A stretch of DNA of 64,000 bases from Candidatus Marinacidobacterales bacterium (GCA_965237955.1 OZ250169.1:4608001-4672000); one strand, 5' to 3'. Shown: positions 38,380 to 48,803, counted from the stretch's first letter. Numbers and translations: made by a program. Notes: generated by a model from the sequence alone, not told the origin.

Positions 38380-39761
38380 GTCTCGACCCCCGCTCCCAGA
38401 GCTGCCGCGCGCCGCCCTCTGTGCCCTCCGTGAATGCCGCGCGGCGTGTGCCAGGCGCCCCGGCAGCGCTGAAAAATAACGAGCGTCAGCACCAGCGTCA
38501 CAGTGCTGAGCGCGAAGAACCCCGCGATCATGCCGAGGGCGCCATACAACTTGCCGAGACCGGTAAGACCTATTAGAGCGGCCGCGCCTTCGACGATGGA
38601 GACGAGCACGAGAGGCTCTTTCTTATGAGCCCTAAGATAGCTCGCGAGAGCGAAGCGGAGCTGCTGGAGCACGATGGCCCCGAGAAAGAGAGCGCTTGCG
38701 ACAGGCGAAAGGAAGCGGCCGGCCAAATCGCTTCCGAAGAGCTCGAGGGCCGCGACGCCTCCGCAGAACACGACGGCGCCTCCCGAGACGATCGCGAGCG
38801 AGCCTAAAGTCACGCGGCGGAAGAGCGCGTCCATCGCTTCGTACTCGCGTTGCGCGGCGAGGATGGCGAGCCGCGGAACCTTCGTGGCCACGACCGCGAA
38901 GGCGACGGAGGAGATCGCGGTGGCGAACATGACGGTCATTCCCATCCGGCCTGCGACCTCCGGACCATGAAAGGCGAAGAGCACCGGAGTAAACAGGGAG
39001 AACGCGAGATAGCCGCCGATCCAGCTCACCGCGAATCTCCACTGGAGAGGCCAGACCTCGTGCCGCCACGAGAGGGCGGTCGTCCGGACCGCCGGAGCTC
39101 GCCGAATCCAAAGGCCCCGAAGGATGCGAAGGGCCTCTTCCCGGAGCGCGAGCACACCGGTGAGAAGCGTCGCGATCCGGGAGAGCGGGATGGCCAGAAG
39201 CCCCCCACCTGTCAGGATCGCGGCCCAGCTCACAAAGCGGCCTGCGAGAGCCTGGGCAAGCCGCGCGCCATAGACGCGCTCGACCTGGTTCAGCCCCTCG
39301 AGGATCGCCAGAACCGGCGTGAGGAGCACGCCTGCCGACGTCGCGAGGCAAGCGCCCCACCACAGCAGACGCCAGTGCTCGATCGCTCCGCTCGCCGGAC
39401 GAAACCTCTCGAAGTAGAGACTCCCGAGAAAACCCAGTCCCAAAAAGAGCACGAGCGCGACCCCGCAGTACCAACGACCCGCGAGCCGCTCGAGCTCGGC
39501 GAGCCGCCGGCGTGCCTTTTGTGTCTCGTCCGTGTTCTCGCGCCGCTCGAGTCGCGCCCACTCGTGGCTCGCGAACTGCTGGAGGACGTGGGCGAGCCCG
39601 AGCTCGGCAAGAGTCGTAAGCGTGAGAAGTCCCATGAACGTGAAGTAGTAACCCTGGAGCACCGGCGAAAAACGGTACGCCACGAGAGCCGCCGTGACGA
39701 GACCGGCGGCGCTTCCCCAAAGACGGTTCCCGATCGCATACCAGGTGGCCCGGTCCGTCAC
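38376..39761 (-). CDS. Wzx-like oligosaccharide flippase
   Basis: About 12 TM segments; QGYYFTF, LAELGL, WPLQWRFAVSW, AGRMGM and YLRAHKKEP motifs; GTGA coupling with GT9. Confidence 0.75.
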   Translation of the reverse strand: MTDRATWYAIGNRLWGSAAGLVTAALVAYRFSPVLQGYYFTFMGLLTLTTLAELGLAHVLQQFASHEWARLERRENTDETQKARRRLAELERLAGRWYCGVALVLFLGLGFLGSLYFERFRPASGAIEHWRLLWWGACLATSAGVLLTPVLAILEGLNQVERVYGARLAQALAGRFVSWAAILTGGGLLAIPLSRIATLLTGVLALREEALRILRGLWIRRAPAVRTTALSWRHEVWPLQWRFAVSWIGGYLAFSLFTPVLFAFHGPEVAGRMGMTVMFATAISSVAFAVVATKVPRLAILAAQREYEAMDALFRRVTLGSLAIVSGGAVVFCGGVAALELFGSDLAGRFLSPVASALFLGAIVLQQLRFALASYLRAHKKEPLVLVSIVEGAAALIGLTGLGKLYGALGMIAGFFALSTVTLVLTLVIFQRCRGAWHTPRGIHGGHRGRRAAALGAGVET

Positions 39762-40804
39762 GGTCTTAGCTCCGCACTCGAAGCGACGAGCTCGATGGCT
39801 TTTTTGGCCACGTCCCGAGCGTCGTATCGAGTCAGGCAGTGCACGTCCCCGAAGCGGCACTCCGCCTCCATGCAGAACCCGCACTCGAGATCGCCGGAGT
39901 GGAGACAGACCGACGCGGGCCCGAGGGGTCGCGAACGATCGGCGCGGCTCGATCCGAACAGCGCGAGCGTCGGGACACCCGAGACCCAGGCCATGTGCAT
40001 GAGACCGGAGTCCTCAGAGAGGACTAAGCAGGCGCGCCTCACGAGAGCGAACGCCTCGGCCGGGCTCGTCCGACCCACGAGATCGACGACTGCCTCCCCG
40101 AGCTCGGCGCTCAGGTACGAGGCTTTGGGCTTCAGTGTCTGAAGCCCGAGGAGCAGAAACCGCGTGGGCGCGGGCACGAGCCGTTGCCATTCACGGGCGA
40201 AGGCGACGTAGCGGTCCAGAGGCCAGTGGCGCGAGGGAAAGGCTCCCGCCGGGTTCAGAACGACGAGCTTCGACCCGCTCCGATAGCCCGCTTGCTCGAG
40301 GAGCACGTCGACTCGTCCGTCGCTCGAAAGCTCGAGACGTGTATCCGGCCCAACCGGACCGAGCCCGGAGGCGTCGATCGCCGCGCGCGTACACTCTCCG
40401 GCCGGGAGCGGGCTTCCTCTGTCGAAGCGACTCCACGCCCGAGGCCTCGTCGCCGCCACGACGAAACGGCTGATCTCGTTGTTCTGTAGGTCGATCACGA
40501 CGTCGTAGCGTCTCGCGACGAGACGCGGCAAAAGGCCGAGTGTCGAGAGACACTGTTTCTTGAAATGCCGGCCGCCGCCAATCGCGAAGACACGGGAGAA
40601 CGTCTGGAGGCTCCTCGGAATCTCCGCCGTCTCCTCGCGGGTGAGGAGATCGACCTCCGTTTTTGGAAGCTTTCTCCGGAGAGCCGTCAAGTAGGGAAGC
40701 GTGATGACGACATCGCCCATCGCCTGGAGGCGGATGGCGAGAACGCGACCGGGCGCAGCGGCTCGGGTCCACGGCCGCGCGACGATCCGTGCTCGATCCG
40801 TCAC
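39758..40804 (-). CDS. Glycosyltransferase family 9 (heptosyltransferase-like)
   Basis: RLQAMGDVV, YDVVIDLQ, LNPAGAFPSRHWP and DSGLMHMA...PTLALFG motifs; GTG start overlaps the upstream stop. Confidence 0.88.
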   Translation of the reverse strand: MTDRARIVARPWTRAAAPGRVLAIRLQAMGDVVITLPYLTALRRKLPKTEVDLLTREETAEIPRSLQTFSRVFAIGGGRHFKKQCLSTLGLLPRLVARRYDVVIDLQNNEISRFVVAATRPRAWSRFDRGSPLPAGECTRAAIDASGLGPVGPDTRLELSSDGRVDVLLEQAGYRSGSKLVVLNPAGAFPSRHWPLDRYVAFAREWQRLVPAPTRFLLLGLQTLKPKASYLSAELGEAVVDLVGRTSPAEAFALVRRACLVLSEDSGLMHMAWVSGVPTLALFGSSRADRSRPLGPASVCLHSGDLECGFCMEAECRFGDVHCLTRYDARDVAKKAIELVASSAELRP

Positions 40805-41598
40805 GAGCGTCTCCGGAGCTCCAGCACGTAGTGATCGCCGAGATAAGCGAAAGGCCAAAAATGCCGGAGCGATCTCTCGACCCCTGCCATCGCGGCGAGG
40901 AGCCTCGGTCGCTTCTCGAGAACGCTCGACCAGAGCGACGGAGGGAGCGCCCATCCGAGCGCGGATAACCGCTCCACGCGGAACCCGGGCTCGAAGGCGC
41001 GGGCGAGCTCTTCGGGCCAGCGGTAGGAGATCCGGATGCGCACGTCTCCGACCCGCGCCGTCGAGCCGCTTCTCGAGAGACGCCGAAACGCCTGTCCCGC
41101 GTCGAGCCGCATCATCGAGGCCGCGAGCTCCCACAGACACAAAGGCCCCATCACCACGAAGACGACAGGAGCGTTGGGTCGCACCCAGCGCGCGAGCGCC
41201 TCGGCGAGAGGCCCGAGCTCGGCAACGCAGTTGAGTCCGCCGAAATTAGAGAACGCCCCATCGAGGCTCTCCGATGCAAGCAGAGCGGGTGGCTCCGCGA
41301 GATCCAGGATGCGGAACGCGATCGATTCCTCGAGACGCCGCCCGCGCGCTTTTTGTTCCGCCTGCGCGAGCATGGCCTTCGAGCCGTCGGTGGCCGTCAC
41401 CCGCACTCCTCGCGAGGCGAGCCAGCAGGCGTCCTCCCCGGTCCCGCAGTTGAGCTCGAGGACGTGATCGCCGGGCGCAAAGAGCGCGGCGAGACGCTCC
41501 CACACGAGGCTCCGGAGCTCCCGACCGAGCTTCGTTTCCGTGAAGGTGCGGTCATAGCTCGGCGCCGCCCGATCGAACGCAGCGATGGAAGCCCCCAT
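40801..41598 (-). CDS. Class I SAM-dependent methyltransferase
   Basis: AFDRAAPSYD, VLELNCGTGEDA and FSNFGGLNC motifs. Confidence 0.88.
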   Translation of the reverse strand: MGASIAAFDRAAPSYDRTFTETKLGRELRSLVWERLAALFAPGDHVLELNCGTGEDACWLASRGVRVTATDGSKAMLAQAEQKARGRRLEESIAFRILDLAEPPALLASESLDGAFSNFGGLNCVAELGPLAEALARWVRPNAPVVFVVMGPLCLWELAASMMRLDAGQAFRRLSRSGSTARVGDVRIRISYRWPEELARAFEPGFRVERLSALGWALPPSLWSSVLEKRPRLLAAMAGVERSLRHFWPFAYLGDHYVLELRRRS

Positions 41599-43001
41599 CA
41601 CCCCTCGACCTCCCGCGCGCGGAGCGCCATCTGCAGGCGGCCCGTCGCCCACCGGGCGCCTCTTTTCGCCAGACGGCCGATGCGGCGGATCTCAATTCCC
41701 GGACGGTGGAGCTCACGGTGGAAACCAACCTCGCTCACGATCCACTTCATCGCGGCTTCGTAGTAGCGACGCGAGTGCCTTCCGGCGACGACGAGGTCCC
41801 GGTCGGAGCGATGTTCCCACGCGCGCGACGAGCCCACGCGATCGCGAACCTTTTCGTAATATCCCGTTCCCTTGATCGGATAGGCGACGGTGGTCAAAAA
41901 GACATCTGGACCGGCTTTCTTGAGATGCTCGACCGTCGCCCGCAGGTCCTCTTCTTCTTCTCCTTCGTAACCCACCATGATGAACATCCCCACCTCGATA
42001 CCTCGGCTCTGACAGAGCCGGGTCGCGGCTTGCACTTGCTCGACCGTTACCCCGCGCCGCATCGCATCGAGAATCTTCTGGCTGCCCGACTCCGATCCAA
42101 TCCAGATGCGAAAGCATCCGATGCGGGCGAGGGTATCGACGATGGGCTCGCTCAGTCGATCCGCGCGCGAGATGCACTCGAAAGGAACATGGAGCCCCCG
42201 CCGCTCGAGCTCTTCGGCATAGGCGAACAGCCACGACGGCTTGATGGTGAAGACATCATCTGCGTACCACACCTGGTCCGGCCGGTAGCGGCTTTCGAGC
42301 TCCTCGAGCTCTCGGGCGACGTTCGAAGGCGAGCGGCGGCGGTGGGTCTTTCCGTAGACGGCGTGGCTGCACCAGTCGCAGTGGTAGGCACAGCCGCGTG
42401 CGCAGATGAGCGAGAGGGAGCTTCGTCCATGATGTTCTTTCCACACGCGGAGATAGGGCTCCATGTCGATCGCGTCGCGGTCCGGCATTGGGAGGACGTC
42501 CAAGTCGGTCAGGAAAGCGCGCGGCTCGGTGCGGACAACCGAACCCTGGTCGTCGCGGAAAACGATACCGCGAACACTGTGGAGCTTCCGGGACGCGCTG
42601 CGGGAGAGTGCGAGCGCGAGCTCCTCCATGGCCTCTTCGCCCTCGCCGATCACGATCGCGTCGGCGCCGCGGGCGAGGTACTCCTCGGCATGAAACGGAG
42701 GGTCCGGCCCGCCGAGGACGACCGGAACGCCCGCGGCTTTCGCCTCTCGCACCATGTCGAGAACCCGTCGCTTGGTCATGAGGTTGCAGTAGATTCCAAC
42801 GACCGAGGGCCGCTCTCGTTCGAGTGCGGCGGTGAAGTCTTCGGGAGCGCGGAAGGTCGCGTCGAACACGGACACGGACAGACCACGTTTCTTCAGGTAC
42901 GCCGAGATGTAGAGGAGCCCGAGCGGAGAATAAGGTTTCATGACCTCTCCCTCGTGCTCGTCGAGGGCGAGATGGTAGCCGTGTGTCAAAAGAACGTGCA
43001 T
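41598..43001 (-). CDS. Cobalamin (B12)-binding radical SAM enzyme, paralog 2
   Basis: PLGLLYISAYL, VLGGPDP, IGEGE, RGCAYHCDWC, YADDVF and GSESGSQKILDAM motifs. Confidence 0.92.
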   Translation of the reverse strand: MHVLLTHGYHLALDEHEGEVMKPYSPLGLLYISAYLKKRGLSVSVFDATFRAPEDFTAALERERPSVVGIYCNLMTKRRVLDMVREAKAAGVPVVLGGPDPPFHAEEYLARGADAIVIGEGEEAMEELALALSRSASRKLHSVRGIVFRDDQGSVVRTEPRAFLTDLDVLPMPDRDAIDMEPYLRVWKEHHGRSSLSLICARGCAYHCDWCSHAVYGKTHRRRSPSNVARELEELESRYRPDQVWYADDVFTIKPSWLFAYAEELERRGLHVPFECISRADRLSEPIVDTLARIGCFRIWIGSESGSQKILDAMRRGVTVEQVQAATRLCQSRGIEVGMFIMVGYEGEEEEDLRATVEHLKKAGPDVFLTTVAYPIKGTGYYEKVRDRVGSSRAWEHRSDRDLVVAGRHSRRYYEAAMKWIVSEVGFHRELHRPGIEIRRIGRLAKRGARWATGRLQMALRAREVEG

Positions 43002-43004
43002 GGC

Positions 43005-44030
43005 TTACACTCCGAACGGTCTCGCCCGGACGAGCTCTCGAGGCGCCTTGAAGGACGGACAGACGCAGCGAAGGCAGGCGTCTCGCTCTCCCCTTCGGAT
43101 CTCTCCCCGGATCGCCATCAGCTGCGGGTCGTTGAGATCCCGAGCCAAACTTCCGGATCCGGACGGTGGTCGGCCTTCGATGAAATGACAGGGCTGGAGC
43201 GCGCCGTTCGCGCGCACCACGATCGAAAACCGCGGCGCGTTGCAACGGACGGGTGGGAGCTCGTCGAGGCCGTGGTGGGCCGCGAAGAACTGCAGCATGC
43301 GGCCTAGCTTCTCGGGGCTCTCGGCGACGAAGCCGCTCGCGATCTCCGTCGCGAACTCCCGTTCGAGCCGGGAAAGCACGTCGCGAAAACGAGGCAAGTC
43401 TTCTTCGTCGAGCATGGCAGCACGCGACACCTCGTCGCCGTGCGCGAAAGCCGTCCCTCCGTCGACGTCGACGGGGAAAAAGGAAATCTCCCGCACGTTC
43501 GAGCGTCTCGCCAGCCGGACGAGCTCGGGTATCTCGAGGTAGTTTGCCCGCTGGACTGTGCAGCGGAGCGACACCCACGTGTCACGAGCCACGAGGGCCT
43601 CGATCCCGTCGAGCACCGTCTCGAACGCGTCGACGCCGCGGATCGCACGGTAGGTCTCTCGCGTCGCGCCGTCCAGCGACACCGTGACGCGCTCGCAGAG
43701 CTCACCGACGCGATCGGCCTCTCTCTCGAGCGACAGTCCGGCGGTGAGAAGCCAGAGCGCGAGTCCCCGCGATCGAAACGTCGCCGCGATGTCACCCCAT
43801 CGCGGGTGGAACAACACCTCGCCGCCGGTGAGCAGTACGGCCTCAGTGCCGAGCTCCCTAAATCCATCGGCGAGCTCCCGGGCTCGTTCCAAAGACAACT
43901 CCTCGACTCCGTTCTTCCAAAAATCACACGTCACGCAGCGCGAATTACAACGCTCGGTCACGTACACAATGCCGAGCGGCAGGCCGTGCAGGCGGTCACC
44001 GAAGAAGTTCAAGCCCACTCGCAGGTTCAT
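43005..44030 (-). CDS. Radical SAM protein with SPASM/Twitch domain
   Basis: CNSRCVTC, LTGGE and VSLDG motifs; C-terminal CNAP...GALQPC...CLRCVC. Confidence 0.88.
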   Translation of the reverse strand: MNLRVGLNFFGDRLHGLPLGIVYVTERCNSRCVTCDFWKNGVEELSLERARELADGFRELGTEAVLLTGGEVLFHPRWGDIAATFRSRGLALWLLTAGLSLEREADRVGELCERVTVSLDGATRETYRAIRGVDAFETVLDGIEALVARDTWVSLRCTVQRANYLEIPELVRLARRSNVREISFFPVDVDGGTAFAHGDEVSRAAMLDEEDLPRFRDVLSRLEREFATEIASGFVAESPEKLGRMLQFFAAHHGLDELPPVRCNAPRFSIVVRANGALQPCHFIEGRPPSGSGSLARDLNDPQLMAIRGEIRRGERDACLRCVCPSFKAPRELVRARPFGV

Positions 44031-45706
44031 GCGCGCTCCTCGCGGATGGCGGCGGAGGCGACGCCGAGAAGGATCCAAAAAGCGAGATAGATCGGGGTCA
44101 GCGCGAGGAGGTAGTCGAAGACACCGTGCACGAGAAAGCCCATTAGCGCCGCCGTAACGGTCGCGGCGGCGAGGGTAGCGTCACCCTTGCGCACCCGATA
44201 AAGGCCTCGCAATGTGCTTGCGACGAGAAGGGCAAATGCCACGGCGCCGAAGAGACCGGTCGTCGCCAGGATCTCCAAATAGAGACTGTTCGAGAACGCT
44301 CTCGTGTCCCATGAGCTCCGGCCGGCGGCGCGGCCGTACAGCCAACGGAAGTTGTCGGGACCGACGCCTGTGAGCGGCTGCTCTCGAAACAGCGACAGCG
44401 CCAGGCCCCAGAGCTCCAGACGCCCGGGACGCCACGCGAGGCTCGCGATCCTCTCGCCGAGCTCGGAGAGCTCGGCCAGCTCAGAAAGACCGCCCTCACC
44501 GACCGGACCGACGGCGACTCGCACGAAAGCGCCGATCCCCGTCTTGTCGGAAAACCAAGTCATGCGCCCGTGCACCATGTCCCAAATCAGAACGTACTGT
44601 CCAGGATGTGCGGGCGCCCGAACGTCAGCATAGAGATCCACCTGCTCATCCGGTGCGAGCGATTTATCGAGCCGGGTCCTAGTGCCTTCGATGCCGAGGG
44701 GCACGAGGCCGCGCTCGTCGGCGGTAAACCACCGATACGAGAGGAAGAAGTCTCTTTTCTCGGAGGGCCACGGCATCCTTCCTGTGTTTGTTACGCTCAC
44801 ACGCATCGTCCGGCGCTCGCCCGGCTCTAGCGAGAGCGAGTTCGTCTCCGGCGAAAGCGCGGCGCGGTACCACGCGGCATCTCCCTCATTCGCGACCCGC
44901 AAGCGAAACGTCGGATCGGACAGGCTCGAGACGAACAGAAGCGCGACGAACCCGAGCAAGAGCCAGAAGAGAAACCGCGAGCCGTCCGGTCTCCGACGTC
45001 TGAGCCAGAGCCACTGGAGCAACAGGGCGCTCACCGCGCCGAGAACGGCGCCACGCGAACGGGTCAAGAGAATGGAAGCGAACATGCCGGTAGCGGCCAT
45101 ACCCGCGAGCGTTCTCACGCCACGCCGCGTGCGTTCATGGCTCACGAAATACAGCGCGGCGGGGAGAGCGAGAACGAGAAACCCCGCCGTCGTATTCGGA
45201 AAAGCAAACGTCGCCGTGACTCGAGGCTGGCCGCCCACTTCGAAAGGATGCTCGCGAAACGGAGCGAGCCACGACGCCATCGCGACGGGACGGAGAGCCT
45301 CGACGACGGCCAAGATCGCCGTGACGCTTCCGGCGACGGAGAATCCGGTGAAGACGACGCCCCAACGCGCCACCGGCCCGAGAGCCGAGGACGTGAGGAA
45401 GAATGCAACGACTCCCGCCGTCAAACGGAGACTGAACTTGAGCGGCAGGACTCGAGGTGGAGCCGACGCCAGGGTCGACACCATAAAGGCAAGGAGCAAC
45501 AAGAGAGCCCACGCCGCGAGAGGCACCGGACGGCGGTGGAACCCGCCCTTCGGGTAGAGCCCCAAAAGGAAGCCGGCGGTCGAAAGGAGCAACAACGCCA
45601 CGACCTCGAGCAAGCTCATCTCGAAACCTAGGGCGTGCGCCACGGGCTCCATGGGCTCGAAGGGCAGGAGCGCTGCGAGGAGACCGATGGCGACGACGGC
45701 TTGCAT
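44027..45706 (-). CDS. O-antigen ligase (Wzy_C/WaaL) family protein with inserted Ig-like domain
   Basis: RVTATFAFPN, LTRSRGA, RLELW...PLTGVGPDNF, NSLYLEILATTG and VHGVFDY motifs; beta-sandwich-like insert VTNTGRMPWP...APAHPGQYVLIWDMV. Confidence 0.8.
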   Translation of the reverse strand: MQAVVAIGLLAALLPFEPMEPVAHALGFEMSLLEVVALLLLSTAGFLLGLYPKGGFHRRPVPLAAWALLLLLAFMVSTLASAPPRVLPLKFSLRLTAGVVAFFLTSSALGPVARWGVVFTGFSVAGSVTAILAVVEALRPVAMASWLAPFREHPFEVGGQPRVTATFAFPNTTAGFLVLALPAALYFVSHERTRRGVRTLAGMAATGMFASILLTRSRGAVLGAVSALLLQWLWLRRRRPDGSRFLFWLLLGFVALLFVSSLSDPTFRLRVANEGDAAWYRAALSPETNSLSLEPGERRTMRVSVTNTGRMPWPSEKRDFFLSYRWFTADERGLVPLGIEGTRTRLDKSLAPDEQVDLYADVRAPAHPGQYVLIWDMVHGRMTWFSDKTGIGAFVRVAVGPVGEGGLSELAELSELGERIASLAWRPGRLELWGLALSLFREQPLTGVGPDNFRWLYGRAAGRSSWDTRAFSNSLYLEILATTGLFGAVAFALLVASTLRGLYRVRKGDATLAAATVTAALMGFLVHGVFDYLLALTPIYLAFWILLGVASAAIREERA

Positions 45707-46714
45707 CTACTTCTTTTCCGCGATGAACAGAGGAAACCGCGCGGGCGGCGGGAGACGGCGCAGGCGGCAGTAGCGGCGCCGCAGAGCTCGCCTCGTGCCC
45801 TCGAAGGGCAGCCTCACGTCCACGTCGAAGCCGAGCTCTTGCAGAAGCGCGACCGTCTCGGAGAGAACGAGGAAGCCCGCCGGTCGGGGATCGTCGTTGA
45901 TTCCGTATCGTTCGCGGTGCTCTCGCTCGCGGCGCTCCACCATGGCGCGTCCTACGCGAGGATCGTCGTACGCCGGGCTGTCCAGGAGAATCAAGAAGCC
46001 GCCGCGCCGCATGAGACGGCGGGACTCCTTCAGCACGCGCGGCGGGCTCTCCGCGTAGTGAATGGAAGCGTTGGCGACGACCAAATCGAACTGAGAGTCG
46101 TCCAGCGGGAGAGATTCCATGTCGGCCCGGGCCCGTGTAACTCTATCGTGAATCCCGCGGCAGCTCCTCTGGTACCGGTCCATCGCCAGTAGACCGTCGT
46201 CCTCATCGAGAGAAATGTCCGTCGCCAGAACGTAGTGCCCCCTCGTAGCCATACGCCAGGAGAGCCACCCATTCCCGGCGCCAAGCTCGAGGACCTGGAG
46301 CACGCGCCGTCCGCACGCGCCGCCTCGCTCACCCGCCTCGATCGAGCGAAGCACCGAAAGAAAGTGTCTAAAATTTCTAGCGCGCAATCTCCAGATACTC
46401 CGATGTCTTCCGGTTCGTTCGAGGAAAGGGAGCGCGCGGTAATAGTCCGCGTCGCCGCTCCATCCCTCGACGCGCCGGAGCCGGCCGTAGCTGTCGAGAA
46501 ACTGCGCGAACGTACGCGCACGCTCCTCGGACAGAAGGGGAAGGACCTCGCCTCGACTCTCGATTCTTCCCCCCTCGGCGGGACAGACCAGATCGAACCC
46601 GAGGGCGAAGGCGGTGGAACCGCACTCGGGGCAGCGGAGCTTCCATCCATCAAAAGCGTCGGTAGTAGTGAGCGGGGCCTCTTCCGGACGGGAGGCGTCA
46701 TAGGCGATGGACAT
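45707..46714 (-). CDS. Class I SAM methyltransferase with N-terminal Cys (Zn-ribbon-like) segment
   Basis: LRCPECG...LVCP, VLELGAGNGW, ADMESLPL and FDLVVANASIHY motifs. Confidence 0.85.
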   Translation of the reverse strand: MSIAYDASRPEEAPLTTTDAFDGWKLRCPECGSTAFALGFDLVCPAEGGRIESRGEVLPLLSEERARTFAQFLDSYGRLRRVEGWSGDADYYRALPFLERTGRHRSIWRLRARNFRHFLSVLRSIEAGERGGACGRRVLQVLELGAGNGWLSWRMATRGHYVLATDISLDEDDGLLAMDRYQRSCRGIHDRVTRARADMESLPLDDSQFDLVVANASIHYAESPPRVLKESRRLMRRGGFLILLDSPAYDDPRVGRAMVERREREHRERYGINDDPRPAGFLVLSETVALLQELGFDVDVRLPFEGTRRALRRRYCRLRRLPPPARFPLFIAEKK

Positions 46715-48794
46715 GACTCATTTGCCTCGAAACGGAGGTAGTACCGGACTCCTCCAGGGCGCGATCTAATCCCAGCAGCCCGTTGAGCTTCCTGGAGAGC
46801 TCGGCTCCGTGGTCGTTGAAGTGCAGCTTGATGACACCGGTCTTGAGCGTTACGGACTCAGGGCCGCCCGCCCTTCGCCACTGCCGACGGAGGTGGCTCC
46901 GGAGAAGTAGCCGTCCCATCCACTCCAAGAGAGCGCCACCTCCCACAGACAGAAACCGCTCGAGCCGAGAAGCACCCGCGGGCGGTTCGTCACCGCCAAT
47001 GGGCTCGTGCTCACGAAAACGTTCCCAGAAGTTCGGGAAGAATCGCGCTCCCCAGCCGTTGGCCCGGACAAAGCGCCGGTAGACCGCGTGACCCGCGATG
47101 GGTCGCAAGCCGAGAATCTGGTTCGCGGTGAAGGCGTCGTTCTCGGTCAGGGTGAGACGATCCTCGCCCAGGAAATAGTTCAGGCACATCGTGCGCCGGA
47201 GTCCCAGAAGCTTCATTGCCACGAAGAGAAAAAGCGCGACCGCCCAGGTCTTCCCTCGCTTCGTGATGAGAAAGAGGTCGATGTCTCCGTCGGCGGCGTT
47301 CTCTTTCGCGATGGCGCCCGAGAGCGCCACCATGCGCACGAAGGGAGTACGCCGAACGAGCTCCAGGACGCCGCGGTGCTCTTCCAAGAGCACGCGCGAG
47401 AGGCGACGCGTGCGCGCGCGGGACTCGACCGAGGAGCGACGGCCTTTTAGGAAGAAGAAAGGCGGCGCGCGCTCCACCGCCCCGAGCACGTGAGGATCTT
47501 CGTCGAGAATCCGGCGTAACTCTCGTCGCGAGAGCGTGACGCCCAGTAGAGAGCGCTCGATCTCCGGAAGTGTCATCGGGTAGTCGAAATGGGCCCCGTA
47601 GGCGATGGTGTCCACGACCGCGCGAGCTTCCCTTGCGTTCGTTGTTTCGGCGATCCGATGGCGGACTCGCACCGTCCGCCGCTCGAGCGCCTCCTCGTAA
47701 ACGGCCAGCGTGTCGCGCGCGGTCCGCTCCCATGAAAAGGAGCGCGCCCGAGCGAGCCCGGCCCCAATCCACGTCTCGCGGTCTCTCGTGTCGGACAGCG
47801 CGTGCTCCATTCCTTCGCTCAGACAGTCGACGTCGTGCGGATCGACGAGGAGCGCCGCCTCCGCCGCGATTTCTTCGAGGGAGGATGTCTTCGAGGTGAG
47901 CACGGGCACACCACAAGCCATCGCCTCGAGCACGGGAAAGCCGAACCCCTCGTACAGAGAGGGATAAACGAACAGCTCGGCATGGGAGTAGAGCGCGGGA
48001 AGCGCGTCCTCGTCAACGTAGCCGAGGTGTTTGACGGCGCCATCGAGCCCGAAGGCTTCGAGGCTTTGCAATAGTTCTTTGGACCGCCAGCCGACGTCGC
48101 CGGCCAAGTAGAAGCGGTGGTCGGGAAAGCGAGGCCGTATCCGGGAAAAGGCTTCGACTGCGCGAACGAGATTCTTCCTCGGCTCTAGTGTTCCCACATA
48201 CAAGAGGTACGGCTTCCGGAGCTGGAAGCGTTCTCGAAGGCGGCTCCAGCTCTTCCGGCTCGTGTTCGGGCGGAAGTGCGTGTCCGCCGCGTGGGGAATC
48301 ACTCGTATCTTGTGCTTCGAGATGCGGAAGATGCGAGCGAGGTCCTCCTTGGTCGACTCCGACGGCGTGATGACGAGCCGCGCCCGTTTGGCAATAGCGG
48401 GCGCGATGGTCGCCGTCAGCAATCGTTTCCGCCACCTGTGAAATTGCGGAAAGAGCTGCAGAGTCATGTCGTGAAACGTCACCACGAATGGCCGGTCGAG
48501 CGCGAGCGGGGCGAGATAGTTCGTGAAATGGCAAAGGTCGGGGCTCATCTCGCGCAGAATAAACGGGAGCACTCCTTGCATCCACGGCGCGCGCAACGGA
48601 AAATAGCCCGACGCCACCTGCCGTGCTCGCGGAAGCGGTCCGAAAGCAATAGGTCGATTCGATAGAACGAGAAGCTCGTCGATGGGGTTTGTGTCTCCCC
48701 CGACGCGAGTGAGCCTATCGAGAAGGCGCGACGAGTAATAGCCGACCCCGGTCTTGTTGCCCCGAATCGTGGTGGCGTCGTATCCCAGAAGCAT
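46698..48794 (-). CDS. GT4 glycosyltransferase fused to a C-terminal nucleotidyltransferase-like domain
   Basis: VGTLEPRKN and YPSLYEGFGFPVLEAMACG motifs in the first ~370 aa; then FDYPMT...PFVRMVALSGAIAKENAADGDIDLFLIT (Pol-beta-like DxD). Confidence 0.82.
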   Translation of the reverse strand: MLLGYDATTIRGNKTGVGYYSSRLLDRLTRVGGDTNPIDELLVLSNRPIAFGPLPRARQVASGYFPLRAPWMQGVLPFILREMSPDLCHFTNYLAPLALDRPFVVTFHDMTLQLFPQFHRWRKRLLTATIAPAIAKRARLVITPSESTKEDLARIFRISKHKIRVIPHAADTHFRPNTSRKSWSRLRERFQLRKPYLLYVGTLEPRKNLVRAVEAFSRIRPRFPDHRFYLAGDVGWRSKELLQSLEAFGLDGAVKHLGYVDEDALPALYSHAELFVYPSLYEGFGFPVLEAMACGVPVLTSKTSSLEEIAAEAALLVDPHDVDCLSEGMEHALSDTRDRETWIGAGLARARSFSWERTARDTLAVYEEALERRTVRVRHRIAETTNAREARAVVDTIAYGAHFDYPMTLPEIERSLLGVTLSRRELRRILDEDPHVLGAVERAPPFFFLKGRRSSVESRARTRRLSRVLLEEHRGVLELVRRTPFVRMVALSGAIAKENAADGDIDLFLITKRGKTWAVALFLFVAMKLLGLRRTMCLNYFLGEDRLTLTENDAFTANQILGLRPIAGHAVYRRFVRANGWGARFFPNFWERFREHEPIGGDEPPAGASRLERFLSVGGGALLEWMGRLLLRSHLRRQWRRAGGPESVTLKTGVIKLHFNDHGAELSRKLNGLLGLDRALEESGTTSVSRQMSHVHRL

Positions 48795-48803
48795 GATCTT
48801 TCC

